Assembly (NCBI GenBank): GCA_964567575.1
Contig: CAZMMZ010000006.1
Span: 7,004 to 66,619 of the forward strand
Source of the DNA: Candidatus Undinarchaeota archaeon
GTDB taxonomy: Archaea > Undinarchaeota > Undinarchaeia > Undinarchaeales > UBA543
Direction of reading: 5' to 3'
Length of the DNA: 59,616 nucleotides
Shown here: in pieces, positions 37,001-49,750 of the stretch
How the letters are laid out: the number at the start of each line of letters is the position of its first letter
Position numbering within the stretch: position 1 is the first letter of the stretch
Notes under the pieces: generated by a model
Databases searched by the model: none
What the model was told of the DNA's origin: nothing
The model's input: the letters and a program-made list of their open reading frames with translations, nothing else
Made by a program: the position numbers and the translations under genes

Positions 37001-37267
37001 ATGGCAGCAGCAAAAAAGAAAGTAGAACCAAAAAAAGAAAAACCAAAAGAACTGGAACATGACCTTGTGCCAAAGCACGAACTCATGAAAGAAGAAGGTA
37101 TCGAAGTTCTTTTGAAAGAATATGGAATACAAAGATTTCATCTTCCCAAAATTTCTAAAAATGACCCAGCAATTGCAAGTTTAGAAGCTGTGCGTGGAGA
37201 CGTTATAAAAATTACAAGAAACAGTCCAACTGCTATTATTTCCCCATACTATCGAGTTATTATTTGA
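37001..37267 (+). CDS. rpoH: RNA polymerase subunit Rpo5 (H)
   Basis: HDLVPKHE, LPKI...DP and GDVIKITR.S motifs. Confidence 0.96.
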   Translation: MAAAKKKVEPKKEKPKELEHDLVPKHELMKEEGIEVLLKEYGIQRFHLPKISKNDPAIASLEAVRGDVIKITRNSPTAIISPYYRVII

Positions 37268-37274
37268 GGTTCAA

Positions 37275-38756
37275 ATGAAATATACACCACTTATCAAATC
37301 ATTCATACAAGAAAACGGCCTGGTCAATCACCAGATTAGTTCGTTTAATGATTTTATTGACAATGGATTACAAAAAATTGTTACTGAAATCGGCACCATC
37401 AACCCGGAAATTGAGAATTATGAAATTCGTCTTGACAAGATAAGTGTTGGTGTCCCATGTGTTAAAGAAGCTAATGGTACAATACGAAAAGTTTTTCCAA
37501 ATGAAACACGCCTTAGAGATTTAACATATTCAGCTCCATTGCTTTTGTCAATGACTCCGATTAAAAACGGAACCGAGCTGGAACAAATAGAAACTCCAAT
37601 TGGAGATTTCCCAATTATGCTTCGTTCAAATAAATGTCTTTTAGATGGTTTAACTTATGAAGAAATTGTCAAAGCTGGAGAAGATCCAGAAGATCCTGGT
37701 GGATATTTTGTTGTTAATGGAACAGAACGTGTTCTTGTTCTTGTTGAAGATCTTTCAGCAAACAGAATGAATGTAGACAAAGTAAAACTTGGAACAACAA
37801 CAGAATCAGCAAGAATTTTTTCAGAAAAGAATTGGTACAGACGTAGAAACAGTGTTGACAGAAGAAAAGATGGCGGACTTAATGTTAATATGCCACCATT
37901 TTCAAAACCACTAGACTTCATTGTAGTTATGAGAGCGCTTGGAATGGATAGTGATGAATTAATTGTAAAATCAATTTCATCTAATCCACACGTTACAGGT
38001 GAACTTTATGTCAGTTTTGAAGATGCTGCAGAAACCATATCAAAAAGAGATGCTCTTGACTGTTTAGGAAAGAAAATTGCATTTGGTCAATTGCGTAAAG
38101 AAAGAATTGAAAGAGCAGAGCGAATCTTAGACACTTTCCTTTTACCACATATGGGATTAACCCCAGGAGACAGAATCGCAAAAGCAAACTATCTTGCAAA
38201 AATGGCTGAGCGCGTCATAGAACTTCATTTAGATATTACAGATATTGACGACAAAGATCACTATGAAAATAAACGACTGCGTCTTGCAGGAAGTTTGTTT
38301 AATGATCTTTTCCGCGTAGCTTTCCGCGCAATGATCAACAACACAGTTTATACTCTTGAAAAAGCGTATAAACGAAATCGAAAATTCTCAGTTCATACCG
38401 CTATCCGTTCTAACTTTTTAACAGAAAGAATTCAACATGCTATTGCAACTGGATCTTGGATCGGTAGCCGCCAAGGTATTTCACAACACCTTGACAGAAT
38501 GAATGCAATTTCTGCTATGTCACACAGACGACGTGTTCGTTCATTATTGAGCACAACACAACCCCATTTCGAGGCTCGTGATTTACACGCAACTCATTGG
38601 GGAAGACTTTGCCCAAGTGAAACACCTGAAGGTTCAAACATTGGTCTTGTAAAGAACTTATCAATTATGTCAAAAATTTCAACAAAGAAAGATGATGTAC
38701 TAATTGAAGAAACACTTCAGAAAATGAATGTGATTATGGAGGGGAAGAAAAAATGA
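37275..38756 (+). CDS. rpoB2: RNA polymerase subunit Rpo2N (B'')
   Basis: P.ETRLRDLTY, DPGGYFVVNGTERV and RDLHATHWGRLCPSETPEG motifs. Confidence 0.97.
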   Translation: MKYTPLIKSFIQENGLVNHQISSFNDFIDNGLQKIVTEIGTINPEIENYEIRLDKISVGVPCVKEANGTIRKVFPNETRLRDLTYSAPLLLSMTPIKNGTELEQIETPIGDFPIMLRSNKCLLDGLTYEEIVKAGEDPEDPGGYFVVNGTERVLVLVEDLSANRMNVDKVKLGTTTESARIFSEKNWYRRRNSVDRRKDGGLNVNMPPFSKPLDFIVVMRALGMDSDELIVKSISSNPHVTGELYVSFEDAAETISKRDALDCLGKKIAFGQLRKERIERAERILDTFLLPHMGLTPGDRIAKANYLAKMAERVIELHLDITDIDDKDHYENKRLRLAGSLFNDLFRVAFRAMINNTVYTLEKAYKRNRKFSVHTAIRSNFLTERIQHAIATGSWIGSRQGISQHLDRMNAISAMSHRRRVRSLLSTTQPHFEARDLHATHWGRLCPSETPEGSNIGLVKNLSIMSKISTKKDDVLIEETLQKMNVIMEGKKK

Positions 38757-40588
38757 GTGCAAAAATAGTTGAAACCGGACAGAAGTATGATGTTTATCTA
38801 AATGGAAAATTCATTGGAATACATAAAAAACCAGAAGATCTCATTAAAGAATTGAAAAAACTACGAAATCAAAATATTATATCACCTGAGGTTAGTATAA
38901 CATTTGATGGTAAAAGAGAAGTAAGAATTGTTTCTGATGCTGGCCGAGTACTTAGACCACTTATTAAATTAGAAAATGGAAACATTATGCTAACCGATGA
39001 CCATCTACAAAAAATCAAAAACGGAGAATTAACCTGGGCTGATGCTGTAAGTCGTGGTTTACTTGAATATATTGATGCAGCTGAAGAAGAAAATGCACTT
39101 ATTGCACTTAATGAAGAAGAGATCACACCAGATCATACCCATATGGAAATTGATTCGTGTACCATTTTTGGAATTTGCGCTGGACTTGTTCCATTCTTGA
39201 ACCATAACATGGCAACTCGTGTTACACTCGGTGCAAACATGGCAAAACAAGGAATTGGAACATACTGTTCTAATTTTGGAATAAGAACCGACACACAGCG
39301 ACACATTATGACTTATGTTCAAAAACCGCTTGTTAAAACACTTGGTTCAGAAATTATTAATTATGAGAAAAGACCATCTGGACAAAATTTTGTTGTTGCA
39401 GTTATTTCACACGGTGGTTATAACATGCAAGATGCTCTTGTGATAAACAAAGCATCAATTGAACGTGGTCTTGGAAGATCTGTTTTCTTCAGATCTTACA
39501 AAGCAGAAGAAAGAAAATACCCAGGTGGACAAGTTGATATTATTGAATCCCCAGACAAAGAAGTCAGAGGATATCTTTCTGAAGATTGTTATTCTGATCT
39601 CGGCGATGACGGAATTATAGAACCAGAAAGTAATGTTAAAAAAGATAAAGTCTTGATTGGAAAAACATCACCACCAAGATTCCTTGAGGTTATTGAAGAA
39701 TTTGGAATGTCAGTTAAACACCGAAGAGAAAGTTCAGTAAATGTTAGAACTGGAGAAGGCGGAATTGTTGACAAAGTTCTTCTTTCAGAATCACTTGATG
39801 GAGATAAACTTGTAAAAGTAAAACTCAGAGATCCAAGAATCCCAACTGTTGGTGACAAATTCGCATCACGACACGGACAGAAAGGAGTTATTGGAATGAT
39901 TGTTCCGCAAGAAGATGTTCCATTCTCAGCAACAGGAACATCACCTGATTTAATGCTAAATCCGCACGCAATCCCATCCCGTATGACTGTTGGACAGCTC
40001 CTTGAAACTATTGGTGGAAAAGTTGGTTCAATGGGTGGAAGATTTGTTGATGGAACTGCATTTTCAGGGGAACCAGAAGAAGTAATGAGAAAAGAACTAG
40101 AAGCTTACGGTTTCAAGAGCGATGGAAAGGAAGTTCTATACAATGGAATAACTGGTGAAAGATTAGAAGCAGAAATTTTCATTGGTGTTGTTTATTATCA
40201 AAAATTAAAACACATGGTAGTTGATAAGATAAGAGCAAGATCAAGAGGTCCTGTCCAAATTCTTACAAGACAACCAACCGCAGGAAAAGCAAGAGAAGGT
40301 GGATTGCGTCTTGGAGAGATGGAAAAAGATTGTTTAGTTGGTCATGGAGCTGCGTTATTGCTGAAAGAAAGACTACTTGATGAATCAGATAAATGTACTG
40401 CCCCAATTTGCAGTCAATGTGGACTTGTAGCTGTCTATGATAAATTCAGAGATTACAGCTACTGCACAATTTGTGGTGAAAATGTTGACATAACTTTTGT
40501 AGAAATGTCTTACGCATTCAAACTGCTTCTGGATGAAATGAAATCTATGTGTCTTTATCCAAAGCTTGTGCTTGGGGAGAAGGGGTGA
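38753..40588 (+). CDS. rpoB1: RNA polymerase subunit Rpo2C (B')
   Basis: GYNMQDA, GDKFASRHGQKG and EGGLRLGEMEKD motifs; C-terminal Zn ribbon. Confidence 0.97.
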   Translation: MSAKIVETGQKYDVYLNGKFIGIHKKPEDLIKELKKLRNQNIISPEVSITFDGKREVRIVSDAGRVLRPLIKLENGNIMLTDDHLQKIKNGELTWADAVSRGLLEYIDAAEEENALIALNEEEITPDHTHMEIDSCTIFGICAGLVPFLNHNMATRVTLGANMAKQGIGTYCSNFGIRTDTQRHIMTYVQKPLVKTLGSEIINYEKRPSGQNFVVAVISHGGYNMQDALVINKASIERGLGRSVFFRSYKAEERKYPGGQVDIIESPDKEVRGYLSEDCYSDLGDDGIIEPESNVKKDKVLIGKTSPPRFLEVIEEFGMSVKHRRESSVNVRTGEGGIVDKVLLSESLDGDKLVKVKLRDPRIPTVGDKFASRHGQKGVIGMIVPQEDVPFSATGTSPDLMLNPHAIPSRMTVGQLLETIGGKVGSMGGRFVDGTAFSGEPEEVMRKELEAYGFKSDGKEVLYNGITGERLEAEIFIGVVYYQKLKHMVVDKIRARSRGPVQILTRQPTAGKAREGGLRLGEMEKDCLVGHGAALLLKERLLDESDKCTAPICSQCGLVAVYDKFRDYSYCTICGENVDITFVEMSYAFKLLLDEMKSMCLYPKLVLGEKG

Positions 40589-40593
40589 TTATA

Positions 40594-43164
40594 ATGGCAA
40601 ACGACTTTATTAACAAAAAAATCAACAGTATCAAATTTGGAATTTTATCACCAAGTATGATAAAGAAGATGGCAGTAGTTAAAATCATAACACCAGATAC
40701 TCACGACACAGATGGTTATCCAATAAAAAGTGGTTTAATGGATCCACGGATGGGAGTTATTGACCCAGGTCTTCGATGTAGAACTTGTAAAAGTAAAATG
40801 GGAGATTGTCCGGGACACTTTGGATATATTGAATTAGCAAGACCAGTTATACACTCAGGTTATGCGAAAATGGTTTACAATATTCTGCGTGCAACATGCA
40901 AAGATTGTGGAAGAATTTTATTGCCTCAAAAAAAGATTGATGAATATAATGATCGATTAAAAGATACTCTAAGAAGTGGTGAATTTGAAGAAATTGTTGC
41001 AGATGCCATGAAAGAAGCAAAAAAAAGAAAGAAATGCCCACACTGTGAAGCAATAAAACACAAAGTAAAACTTGACAAACCAACAACATTCTTAGAAAGT
41101 AATCAGCGAATAATGCCAACAGAAGTTAGAGAACGGCTTGAAGCAATCCCTGATGACGACATTATTATTTTCGGGTTAAACCCAGAATGGTCACGACCAG
41201 AATGGATGGTTTTAACATTAGTACCAGTACCACCAGTAACAACAAGACCATCAATTACACTTGAAACTGGAGAAAGATCTGAAGATGATTTAACTCACAA
41301 ACTTGTGGATATTATCAGATTAAATCAAAGACTTAGAGAAAATATTGAAGCAGGTGCACCTCACCTTATTATTGAGGATCAATGGGAACTTGTTCAATAC
41401 CACGTAACAACTTATCTTGATAACGAAGTTACAGGTGTTCCAACAGCAAGACACAGATCAGGACGACCACTAAAAACTTTGAAACAAAGATTAAAAGGAA
41501 AAGAAGGACGTTTCAGAAGTTCTCTTGCAGGAAAACGTGTTGATTTCTCAGCGCGTACTGTTGTTTCGCCAGATCCAAATATCAGTATTGATGAAGTTGG
41601 TATTCCGTATGAAATTGCAAAAGAAATGACAATCCCAGAAAGAATTATACCAACAAATAAAGAAACATTAACAAAACTCGTTTTAACTGGTTCAAAAGAT
41701 TATCCAGGTGCAAATTACATTATCCGACCAGATGGGAAAAGAAAAAGAGTAACTGAAGAAAACAGAGAAGAACTTGCAGAAGAATTAGATATTGGATATG
41801 TTGTTGAACGACATCTTAAAGATAATGATATTGTTTTATTCAACAGGCAACCATCTCTACACAGGATGAGTATAATGGCACACCGCGTTGTTGTTTTGCC
41901 TTATAAAACATTCAGACTTAACTTGTCAGTTTGTGCACCATACAATGCCGATTTCGATGGAGATGAAATGAACTTACACGTTCCTCAAACTGAGGAAGCT
42001 CGAACAGAGGCTCGTTTATTGATGAGTGTTCAGACACAAATTCGTTCACCAAGATTTGCAGGACCAATTATTGGAGCAATCCACGATCACATTACAGGTC
42101 TTTATTTCTTGACAATAAATGAATTTACAGAAAGACAAGCAGCGGATATTCTTGCAAGAGCTGGTTACAACGGAGAACCAATTAAAGGAACTGCAGGAAA
42201 AGTTCATGGACGAGATATCTTTAGTGCATTTATACCAAAAGGTATTTTCCTTAAATTCAAAACAAAAACAGGCGATCAAGTTATTATTAAAGATGGAAAA
42301 ATGATACAAGGTTTTGTTGATGACAAAACAATTGGTGCAATGAGTGGGAAACTCCTTGATGAAGTTTTAAGAAAACAAGGACCATCTGCATTCCGTAACT
42401 TTTTAGATGGAGTAACAAAACTTGGAATAGCTTATCTTGACTTGCTTGGATTCACAACAGGTATTGATGACGAAGACTTGCCTGAAGCTGTGAAAAAAGA
42501 AATAGAAGATACTATTAAAAAATCTGAGAAAAAAATAGAAACTCTTGTTGGTGAATATAGAAACGGACAATTAAAACCAACAAAAGGAAAAACTGTTGAA
42601 GATACATTAGAAGAACTTGTAATGCTTGAACTTAACAAAGCAAGAAATGGCGCTGGAGAACTTGCAGAGAAATACTTGAAGAAAAATAACTTTGCTCTTG
42701 CCATGGCAAAAACAGGTGCAAGAGGAAGTTTATTGAACATAACTCAGATGAGTGCTTGTATTGGTCAACAGGTTGTTCGAGGTCAAAGAATAAATCGTGG
42801 TTATAGTGAAAGAACATTACCACACTTTAAAGCAGGAGATCTTGGAGCAAGATCACATGGTTTTGTTAAAACAAATTATAAAAACGGAATGGGACCAATT
42901 GAATTTTTCTTCCACGCAATGGGAGGAAGAGAATCCTTAACTGATACTGCTATGCGTACACCAAAATCTGGTTACTTGCAGCGCAGACTTGTTAATGCAA
43001 TGCAAGACATTGTTGTTGATTACAATGAAACTGTAAGAGATGGTCGAGGAGTTATTATCCAATTCAAATATGGTGAAGATGGGGTTGACCCAAGTAAGAG
43101 TGACCACGGAAGATCAGTGAATGTAACGAAAGTAATCAAAGATGTTGTGGGGGTACAAAAATGA
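40594..43164 (+). CDS. rpoA1: RNA polymerase subunit Rpo1N (A')
   Basis: [15 protein letters not shown] and the catalytic [11 protein letters not shown] motif. Confidence 0.98.
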   Translation: MANDFINKKINSIKFGILSPSMIKKMAVVKIITPDTHDTDGYPIKSGLMDPRMGVIDPGLRCRTCKSKMGDCPGHFGYIELARPVIHSGYAKMVYNILRATCKDCGRILLPQKKIDEYNDRLKDTLRSGEFEEIVADAMKEAKKRKKCPHCEAIKHKVKLDKPTTFLESNQRIMPTEVRERLEAIPDDDIIIFGLNPEWSRPEWMVLTLVPVPPVTTRPSITLETGERSEDDLTHKLVDIIRLNQRLRENIEAGAPHLIIEDQWELVQYHVTTYLDNEVTGVPTARHRSGRPLKTLKQRLKGKEGRFRSSLAGKRVDFSARTVVSPDPNISIDEVGIPYEIAKEMTIPERIIPTNKETLTKLVLTGSKDYPGANYIIRPDGKRKRVTEENREELAEELDIGYVVERHLKDNDIVLFNRQPSLHRMSIMAHRVVVLPYKTFRLNLSVCAPYNADFDGDEMNLHVPQTEEARTEARLLMSVQTQIRSPRFAGPIIGAIHDHITGLYFLTINEFTERQAADILARAGYNGEPIKGTAGKVHGRDIFSAFIPKGIFLKFKTKTGDQVIIKDGKMIQGFVDDKTIGAMSGKLLDEVLRKQGPSAFRNFLDGVTKLGIAYLDLLGFTTGIDDEDLPEAVKKEIEDTIKKSEKKIETLVGEYRNGQLKPTKGKTVEDTLEELVMLELNKARNGAGELAEKYLKKNNFALAMAKTGARGSLLNITQMSACIGQQVVRGQRINRGYSERTLPHFKAGDLGARSHGFVKTNYKNGMGPIEFFFHAMGGRESLTDTAMRTPKSGYLQRRLVNAMQDIVVDYNETVRDGRGVIIQFKYGEDGVDPSKSDHGRSVNVTKVIKDVVGVQK

Positions 43165-44315
43165 TCAGCGATGTAGAAAAACTACTTCAAGAAAAAGACG
43201 TTGAACTACCTTTGATTGTTATCAAAAAACTTGAGAAAAAACTTGAAAATGGAAAGTTAAAGAAAAAAGACCTTCCACGAGTTTTAGATAAAGTTATTGA
43301 TGTTTATATAAAAGCAAAGATTGAACCGGGAGAAGGTGTTGGTGTTTTAGCTGCTCAATCAATTGGAGAACCAGGAACACAGATGATGATGAGAACAAAG
43401 CACTACGCAGGAACTGCTATGGACGTTACTCGTGGTTTGCCAAGATTAATTGAGATTTTTGATGCACGAAGAACCCCAAAAACTCCAATGATGACAGTTC
43501 ATCTTACAAAAGATTATAATACGGCAGAAAAAGCAGAAGCCCTTGCACACTCAATTAAAGAAACAACAATAAAACATATTACTAAAACAATAAAACTTGA
43601 CTTCTTAAAATACAGAATAATTATTGAGCTTAATAAAGAAGAAGTAAAACTACGTGGTTTAACTTCAAAGAAAATTGAAGATATTCTATCTGAAAAATTC
43701 CCAAAACGATTTGCAATTGAGAAAAACACACTTACAATAAAAGCTCCAAAGAAAGTTGCTTCGGCAATTCAGAAATTAAGAGGTGAGGTTCTAAGTACTC
43801 ACATTTCAGGAGTTAAAGGAGTAAGTTATGTGGTTATACAAAAAGAAGATAGGAATTATGTTATTTACACACAAGGAACAAATCTTCCAGACATTCTAAA
43901 AGTAAAAGGAATCGAGACAAAGAAAACAAAAACAAATGATATCATGGAAACAGAACGTGTTTTTGGGATTGAAGCAACTCGAAACCTTCTTGTTGAAGAA
44001 ACTAGAGAAACACTAAAAGAAGCTGGATTAGTTGTTGATTCTCGCCATGCAAGTCTTGTCGCAGATACAATGTGCGCTGATGGAAAAATAAAAGCAATTG
44101 GTAGGCACGGAATTTCTGGAGGCAAAGCATCTGTTCTTGCACGAGCAAGTTTTGAAGAAACAGTAAAACACTTACTAAAAGCAGGAGCATTTGGTGAAGA
44201 AGACAAACTAAAAGGAGTTGTTGAAAATATCATTGTTGGACAAGTCATTGCTTTGGGAACTGGTATCCCAGAGTTAATTATGAAGACCACAGAGCCTGCA
44301 AAAAAGAAAAAATAA
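43161..44315 (+). CDS. rpoA2: RNA polymerase subunit Rpo1C (A'')
   Basis: [18 protein letters not shown] and RASFEET motifs. Confidence 0.97.
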   Translation: MISDVEKLLQEKDVELPLIVIKKLEKKLENGKLKKKDLPRVLDKVIDVYIKAKIEPGEGVGVLAAQSIGEPGTQMMMRTKHYAGTAMDVTRGLPRLIEIFDARRTPKTPMMTVHLTKDYNTAEKAEALAHSIKETTIKHITKTIKLDFLKYRIIIELNKEEVKLRGLTSKKIEDILSEKFPKRFAIEKNTLTIKAPKKVASAIQKLRGEVLSTHISGVKGVSYVVIQKEDRNYVIYTQGTNLPDILKVKGIETKKTKTNDIMETERVFGIEATRNLLVEETRETLKEAGLVVDSRHASLVADTMCADGKIKAIGRHGISGGKASVLARASFEETVKHLLKAGAFGEEDKLKGVVENIIVGQVIALGTGIPELIMKTTEPAKKKK

Positions 44316-44316
44316 A

Positions 44317-44739
44317 ATGATAAAACTTGACAAAGACACTCTTTTGTGTATACGTGCATTGGAAAACATTAGCAAAGTACGAGCAAAAGATTGTATTGTC
44401 ACTGAAAACGAAATAATTTACATAGTAGCAGAAGACAAAGTTGGTCAAGCAGTTGGAAAAGGTGGAATACATACAAAGAAAATACAAATAATTCATAAGA
44501 AAAATGTTAAGATCATCGGATTTAGCGAAGAACCAGTAGAATTTGCTAAGAAAATCATTGGGGACCGTATTGAGATAAAAGCGATAACACTCGAAACAGA
44601 AGCCACCGAAAAGCATATAATAGTAGAGGCTGATTACAAATCTCACGAAGCCATCCGTGGAAAACACAGTAAAAAGCTTAAAATACTAAAAGATTTACTC
44701 AAACGGCACCACAACGTGGCAGATGTCATATTAAAATAA
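44317..44739 (+). CDS. nusA: Archaeal NusA (KH domains)
   Basis: [11 protein letters not shown] motif; canonical position after rpoA2. Confidence 0.85.
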   Translation: MIKLDKDTLLCIRALENISKVRAKDCIVTENEIIYIVAEDKVGQAVGKGGIHTKKIQIIHKKNVKIIGFSEEPVEFAKKIIGDRIEIKAITLETEATEKHIIVEADYKSHEAIRGKHSKKLKILKDLLKRHHNVADVILK

Positions 44740-44755
44740 TCAATTAGAGGAAATA

Positions 44756-45193
44756 ATGGCAAATAAACCAAGAGGACTATATACAGCAAGAACTCTGAAG
44801 AAGCGAAGAAAGCACTTCAGATGGAAAGATTCGGACTACAAGAGAAAAGCTCTTAGCCTGAATGTAAAAGCATCACCTTTAGGTGGGGCTCCACAAGCAC
44901 GTGGAATTGTTCTAGAGAAAGTAGGACTTGAAGCAAAACAGCCAAACTCTGCTATTCGAAAATGTGTAAAAGTTCAGTTAATACGAAACGGTAAAACTGT
45001 TACTGCTTTTGCACCAGGAAATAATGCTATTGGATTCATCGATGAACACGACGAAGTTGAAATCACAGGAATTCATGGACCAAAAGGAAAATCCATGGGA
45101 GATATCCCTGGTGTTCGATACAAAGTTACCAAAGTAAGTAACATGAGTCTTAACCAACTTGTACGTGGTAAGAAGGAGAAACCAGTGAGATAA
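44756..45193 (+). CDS. rps12: 30S ribosomal protein uS12
   Basis: [12 protein letters not shown] and [10 protein letters not shown] motifs. Confidence 0.98.
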   Translation: MANKPRGLYTARTLKKRRKHFRWKDSDYKRKALSLNVKASPLGGAPQARGIVLEKVGLEAKQPNSAIRKCVKVQLIRNGKTVTAFAPGNNAIGFIDEHDEVEITGIHGPKGKSMGDIPGVRYKVTKVSNMSLNQLVRGKKEKPVR

Positions 45194-45194
45194 A

Positions 45195-45800
45195 ATGGCT
45201 GAACTATTACTTTTTAATAAATGGAATACTGCTGAAGCAGTGGTTACTGATCTCGGTTTGAAAAGATATATCAAATTAGATTCAACAATTGTTCCAAACA
45301 GTTTTGGTAAAAAAGCAAACAAATGGTTTGGAAAAGAAGATTATCACATTGTAGAAAGACTTGCAAATAAGATAACAGTTACTGGTCACTTGAAAGATTC
45401 CCGTGTCCACAAAAGAATTTCTGGAAGAGACACTGGAAAAAAACAAACTACTTACAAACTTATTAAAAAGGCATTTGAAATTATAGAGAAAAAAACAAAC
45501 ACTAACCCTGTTCAAGTTTTAGTGAATGCAATTGAAAATGCTGCACCACGAGAAGAAACAACAAGAATTCGACAGGGGGGTATTATTGCTCACAGAGCAG
45601 TTGATGTTTCTCCTGCAAGACGATTAGATGTTGCCCTTAGTTTGATTTCACACGGAGCAGGACAAAGAGCATTTAATAAAAAACAATCATTGCCTGCAGC
45701 TATAGCTGAAGAGCTAATCAGTGCAATGAATTATGACACAAAAGCATATTCAATTTCAAAAAGAGAGGAGCTTGAGCGTGTTGCTCAAAGTGCAAGGTGA
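45195..45800 (+). CDS. rps7: 30S ribosomal protein uS7
   Basis: NPVQVLV.AIENAAPREE and VDVSP.RR.D motifs. Confidence 0.97.
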   Translation: MAELLLFNKWNTAEAVVTDLGLKRYIKLDSTIVPNSFGKKANKWFGKEDYHIVERLANKITVTGHLKDSRVHKRISGRDTGKKQTTYKLIKKAFEIIEKKTNTNPVQVLVNAIENAAPREETTRIRQGGIIAHRAVDVSPARRLDVALSLISHGAGQRAFNKKQSLPAAIAEELISAMNYDTKAYSISKREELERVAQSAR

Positions 45801-45805
45801 TTTAA

Positions 45806-48004
45806 ATGGCACGTAAAGAAGATATTGTTGCAAAAGTTTCAGAATTAATGTGGAAACCAGAACGGATTAGAAATATTGGTATTGTCGCCCACATCGATCA
45901 CGGAAAGACAACTCTTTCTGATAATCTGCTTGCTGGTTCAGGTATGCTTTCAGAAGAAATCGCAGGAAAAGCATGCGCTCTGGATTTTGATGACCAGGAA
46001 CAAGCACGAGGAATTACAATTAATGCAGCTAATGTTTCTTTACTTCATAAAGACGGAGATGACGACATCCTCATTAACTTAATTGACACACCAGGTCACG
46101 TCGATTTTGGTGGAGATGTTATTCGAGCTATGCGAGCTGTTGACGGCGCTGTTGTAGTTGTTTGCGCTGTTGAAGGTGCAATGCCACAGACAGAAACCGT
46201 ATTACGTCAAGCTATTCGAGAGCGTGTTAAACCTGTTTTATTCATTAACAAAGTTGATCGAATGATTCGTGAATTGAAACTTGCACCAGAACAAATGCAA
46301 GAGAGATTCATTAAGTCTATTGCTAAAGTCAACACCCTGATTAAAAGAAATTTACCAGAGGAATTAAAAGATGACCCAACCTGGCAAGTAAAGGTTGAAG
46401 ACGGAAGCGTCATGTTCGGTTCAGCATATCACAATTGGGCACTATCTTTCCCACACATGCAAAAACTAGGACTTACATTCAAAGATATTATTGAAGCATA
46501 TGCAACTGAAGATTCATGGAAACAATTGAGTAAGAAAGCTCCACTTAATGATATTTTATTAGATATGGTTGTTAAGCATCTTCCAACACCAGTTGAAGCA
46601 CAAAAATACAGAATCCCAACAATCTGGCCTGGAGATGATGAAGAACTTGAAACAAAAATGGCAGAATGTAAAGCAGATGGTCCACTAGCATTTATGGTTA
46701 CAAAAATGGTTTCAGATCCACATGCAGGAGATATTGCAACAGGACGTTTATTCTCAGGTACACTTGAAACTGGAAAAGAAATTTATCTTGTAAACCATGC
46801 TCAAAAAATTAGAGTTCAGCAAGTTGGGATTTACATGGGCGCTGAGCGTTCAAAAATTGAGAAAATTCCAGCAGGAAATATTGTAGCCCTTGTTGGTGCA
46901 AAAATTGCAACATCTGGAGAAACAATTTGTGATCCAGAGAATATAATTGTCCCATTCGAAGCTATTCACGAAGCAGAACCAGTAGTCACTGAGGCAATTG
47001 AAGCAAAGAATACTTCGGATTTACCAAAACTTATTGAGGTTTTAAGAAGTATTGAAAAAGAAGATCCATCCATCCATATTCAAATTGATGAAGAAACTGG
47101 AGAACATAAAATTTCAGGTATGGGAGAACTTCACTTAGAAATTTGGAAATACAGAATTGAAAAAGAAAAGAATGTTCCAATAACTTCTTCTGACCCAATT
47201 GTTGTTTACAGAGAAACTATTGATAGAGTATCACCAGAAGTTGAAGGAAAATCACCAAACAAACACAACAAATTCTACATGATTGCTGAACCATTAGAAC
47301 AACCAATTCGTGATGCAATTAAAGAAGGTAAAATCCGCCAAGGATCGGTGAAAAAGAAAGAATACAATGAACTTCTTACTGAAATTGGACTGGATAAAAA
47401 GCAAGTTAAAGGATTCACACATGTTTATGGAAATAATGTGTTGATTAACATGGTTAAAGGAGAAGTCCACATTGGAGAAATCATGGAACTTGTGAAAGAA
47501 GGATTTGATTCAGTTATGAAAAAAGGACCAATTTCTGATGAAAAATGCTCAGGTATTAAAATAAAACTTATGGATACAAAACTTCACGAAGATGCTATTC
47601 ACAGAGGACCAGCACAAGTATTACCAGCAGTTAGAAGCGGTATCAAAGCTGCAATGCTTATGTCAGGCATATATTTACTTGAACCTAAACAAAATATTTA
47701 TATACGGGTTCCAGAAGACTATATGGGTGCAGTTAACCGTGAAATGCAAAGCAGGCGTGGCCAAATTCTGGACATGCAACCTGAGGGAGATCAAATGGCA
47801 ATAACTGCAAAAGCACCAGTATCCGAGCTCTTTGGATTTGCTGGAGAAATTCGTTCTGCAACAGAAGGACGTGTTCTTTGGAGTACAGAAAACGCTGGCT
47901 TCGAGAAACTACCAACAGAAATACAGGCGAAAATTATAAAAGAGATAAGACAAAGGAAAGGTTTAAAAGAAGAGCTTCCAACACCACAAGAACTGTTGGG
48001 ATAA
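45806..48004 (+). CDS. fusA: Elongation factor aEF-2
   Basis: [17 protein letters not shown] and NKVD motifs; diphthamide loop [12 protein letters not shown]. Confidence 0.98.
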   Translation: MARKEDIVAKVSELMWKPERIRNIGIVAHIDHGKTTLSDNLLAGSGMLSEEIAGKACALDFDDQEQARGITINAANVSLLHKDGDDDILINLIDTPGHVDFGGDVIRAMRAVDGAVVVVCAVEGAMPQTETVLRQAIRERVKPVLFINKVDRMIRELKLAPEQMQERFIKSIAKVNTLIKRNLPEELKDDPTWQVKVEDGSVMFGSAYHNWALSFPHMQKLGLTFKDIIEAYATEDSWKQLSKKAPLNDILLDMVVKHLPTPVEAQKYRIPTIWPGDDEELETKMAECKADGPLAFMVTKMVSDPHAGDIATGRLFSGTLETGKEIYLVNHAQKIRVQQVGIYMGAERSKIEKIPAGNIVALVGAKIATSGETICDPENIIVPFEAIHEAEPVVTEAIEAKNTSDLPKLIEVLRSIEKEDPSIHIQIDEETGEHKISGMGELHLEIWKYRIEKEKNVPITSSDPIVVYRETIDRVSPEVEGKSPNKHNKFYMIAEPLEQPIRDAIKEGKIRQGSVKKKEYNELLTEIGLDKKQVKGFTHVYGNNVLINMVKGEVHIGEIMELVKEGFDSVMKKGPISDEKCSGIKIKLMDTKLHEDAIHRGPAQVLPAVRSGIKAAMLMSGIYLLEPKQNIYIRVPEDYMGAVNREMQSRRGQILDMQPEGDQMAITAKAPVSELFGFAGEIRSATEGRVLWSTENAGFEKLPTEIQAKIIKEIRQRKGLKEELPTPQELLG

Positions 48005-48041
48005 TCATAATCATCCAATATATTGGAAGGATAAAAACAAA

Positions 48042-49322
48042 ATGGCAAATACAAAACCACACATGAATGTCGTCTTCGTCGGACACGTTGATCACGGTAA
48101 GTCAACATCTGTAGGACGACTCCTGTTTGATACTGGAAACATACCAGAACAGGAAATGAAGAAAATCCAAGAAGAAGCAAAGAAGCTCGGAAAGGAAACT
48201 TTCGGACTCGCTTTCGTAATGGATCGTATGAAAGAGGAGCGAGAGCGTGGTCTAACAATAGACGTTGCTCACAAGAAATTTGAAACAGATAAATTCTATT
48301 TCACGGTTATTGATGCTCCTGGTCACCGTGATTTTGTTAAGAACATGATCACAGGTACCTCACAAGCAGATGCGGCAGTACTTATTGTCTCAGCTAGTGA
48401 TGGAATTCAACCACAAACAAAAGAACATGCATGGTTGACAAAAACACTAGGCGTTAAACAAATTATTGTTGACATTAACAAGATGGATGAAGTAAAATAT
48501 GACGAAAAGAAATATGAAACAGTTAAGAAACAAGTCATTGAACTTTTAAAACCAATCGGTGTTAAAACTGATGAAGTTGAATTCATTCCAACAGCTGCTT
48601 TTGTAAGTGGAGAAAATATGTCTAAAAAAGCTGGAGAAAACATGGCATGGTACAAAGGCCCAACACTTGTTGATGCTTTGAATGCTCTAAAACCACCAGA
48701 GAAACTTACAGACAAACCTCTTCGTGTCCCTATTCAGGATGCTTACACCATTACTGGTGTTGGTACTGTTCCTGTTGGACGTGTAGAAACTGGAGTTCTT
48801 AAACCAAACATGAAAGTTGTTTTCGAACCTTCTGGATCCGCTGGAGAAGTTAAATCTGTTGAGATGCACCACGAACAGCTTGAAAAAGCAGAACCTGGTG
48901 ACAATGTCGGATTTAATGTCCGAGGTCTTGGAAAGAACGATGTAAAACGCGGAGATGTTTGCGGTACACCTGAGAGTCCACCAACTGTTGCAGAAGAGTT
49001 TACAGCACAAATCGTTGTGCTTCAGCACCCAACTGCAATCACTGTTGGTTACACACCTGTGTTCCACTGCCACACAACTCAAGTTGCGTGCACTTTCACA
49101 GAGCTTGTAAAGAAAATTAACCCAGCAAGCGGTGAAGTTATTGCAGAGAACCCAGACATGTTGAAGACTGGTGACGCAGCAATCGTTAAGTTAAAACCAA
49201 CACGCCCACTCGTTATCGAGAAGGCAGCTGATTTCCCACCACTCGGAAGATTTGCAATTCGAGATATGGGAGCTACAGTCGGCGCTGGTATTGTAATTGA
49301 CGTTGTTCCAAAAAAGAAATAA
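48042..49322 (+). CDS. tuf: Elongation factor aEF-1alpha
   Basis: [18 protein letters not shown] and [15 protein letters not shown] motifs. Confidence 0.98.
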   Translation: MANTKPHMNVVFVGHVDHGKSTSVGRLLFDTGNIPEQEMKKIQEEAKKLGKETFGLAFVMDRMKEERERGLTIDVAHKKFETDKFYFTVIDAPGHRDFVKNMITGTSQADAAVLIVSASDGIQPQTKEHAWLTKTLGVKQIIVDINKMDEVKYDEKKYETVKKQVIELLKPIGVKTDEVEFIPTAAFVSGENMSKKAGENMAWYKGPTLVDALNALKPPEKLTDKPLRVPIQDAYTITGVGTVPVGRVETGVLKPNMKVVFEPSGSAGEVKSVEMHHEQLEKAEPGDNVGFNVRGLGKNDVKRGDVCGTPESPPTVAEEFTAQIVVLQHPTAITVGYTPVFHCHTTQVACTFTELVKKINPASGEVIAENPDMLKTGDAAIVKLKPTRPLVIEKAADFPPLGRFAIRDMGATVGAGIVIDVVPKKK

Positions 49323-49381
49323 ACCGAATCTTGAGAAGAACATAAGACACTCTTCTCTCCCTTTATATTCATTAAAATAAA

Positions 49382-49693
49382 ATGGCACCAAAAGCAAGAA
49401 TACGACTCAGCGGCCCAGAGATAGGGTTAGTTAATGGAGTTACTAAACAAATAAAAGATATTGCTGAGCAGAGCAAAGCTGGATATGCAGGTCCTATTTC
49501 ACTTCCAACAAAAACTCTTAAAATTACTACAAGAAAAAGTCCAGATGGAGAAGGAAAAGCAAGTTGGGAACGCTGGGAAATGCGAATCCACAAACGAGTT
49601 ATTGATCTTGAACCAAATGAACGTGTCATGAGACAGGTTATGCGACTACAAGTCCCGGACAGTGTCAATATTGAGATCGAAGTTAAGAACTAA
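49382..49693 (+). CDS. rps10: 30S ribosomal protein uS10
   Basis: GPISLPT, RKSPDGEG...WE..EMRIHKR motifs. Confidence 0.97.
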   Translation: MAPKARIRLSGPEIGLVNGVTKQIKDIAEQSKAGYAGPISLPTKTLKITTRKSPDGEGKASWERWEMRIHKRVIDLEPNERVMRQVMRLQVPDSVNIEIEVKN

Positions 49694-49750
49694 TTGTCCA
49701 ATAGTAATCTTTTTATCTAAGTAATTTTATTCATTTAGAGTCATAACTAT

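Noticed and set aside
37275-44315. Split RpoB and RpoA as pseudogenisation
   Set aside because: B''/B' and A'/A'' splits are established archaeal architectures, and the catalytic motifs are intact.
45806-48004. Possible non-canonical EF-2 lacking the diphthamide site
   Set aside because: The target His is present in [12 protein letters not shown].
8881-48715. Many antisense or overlapping ORFs in the supplied track (e.g. 10478-10882, 13394-13930, 14385-14948, 43865-44359, 47791-48258)
   Set aside because: They lie opposite or within well-conserved genes and have Phe/Ser/Leu-rich compositions that mirror A-rich sense codons, so they are shadow ORFs.
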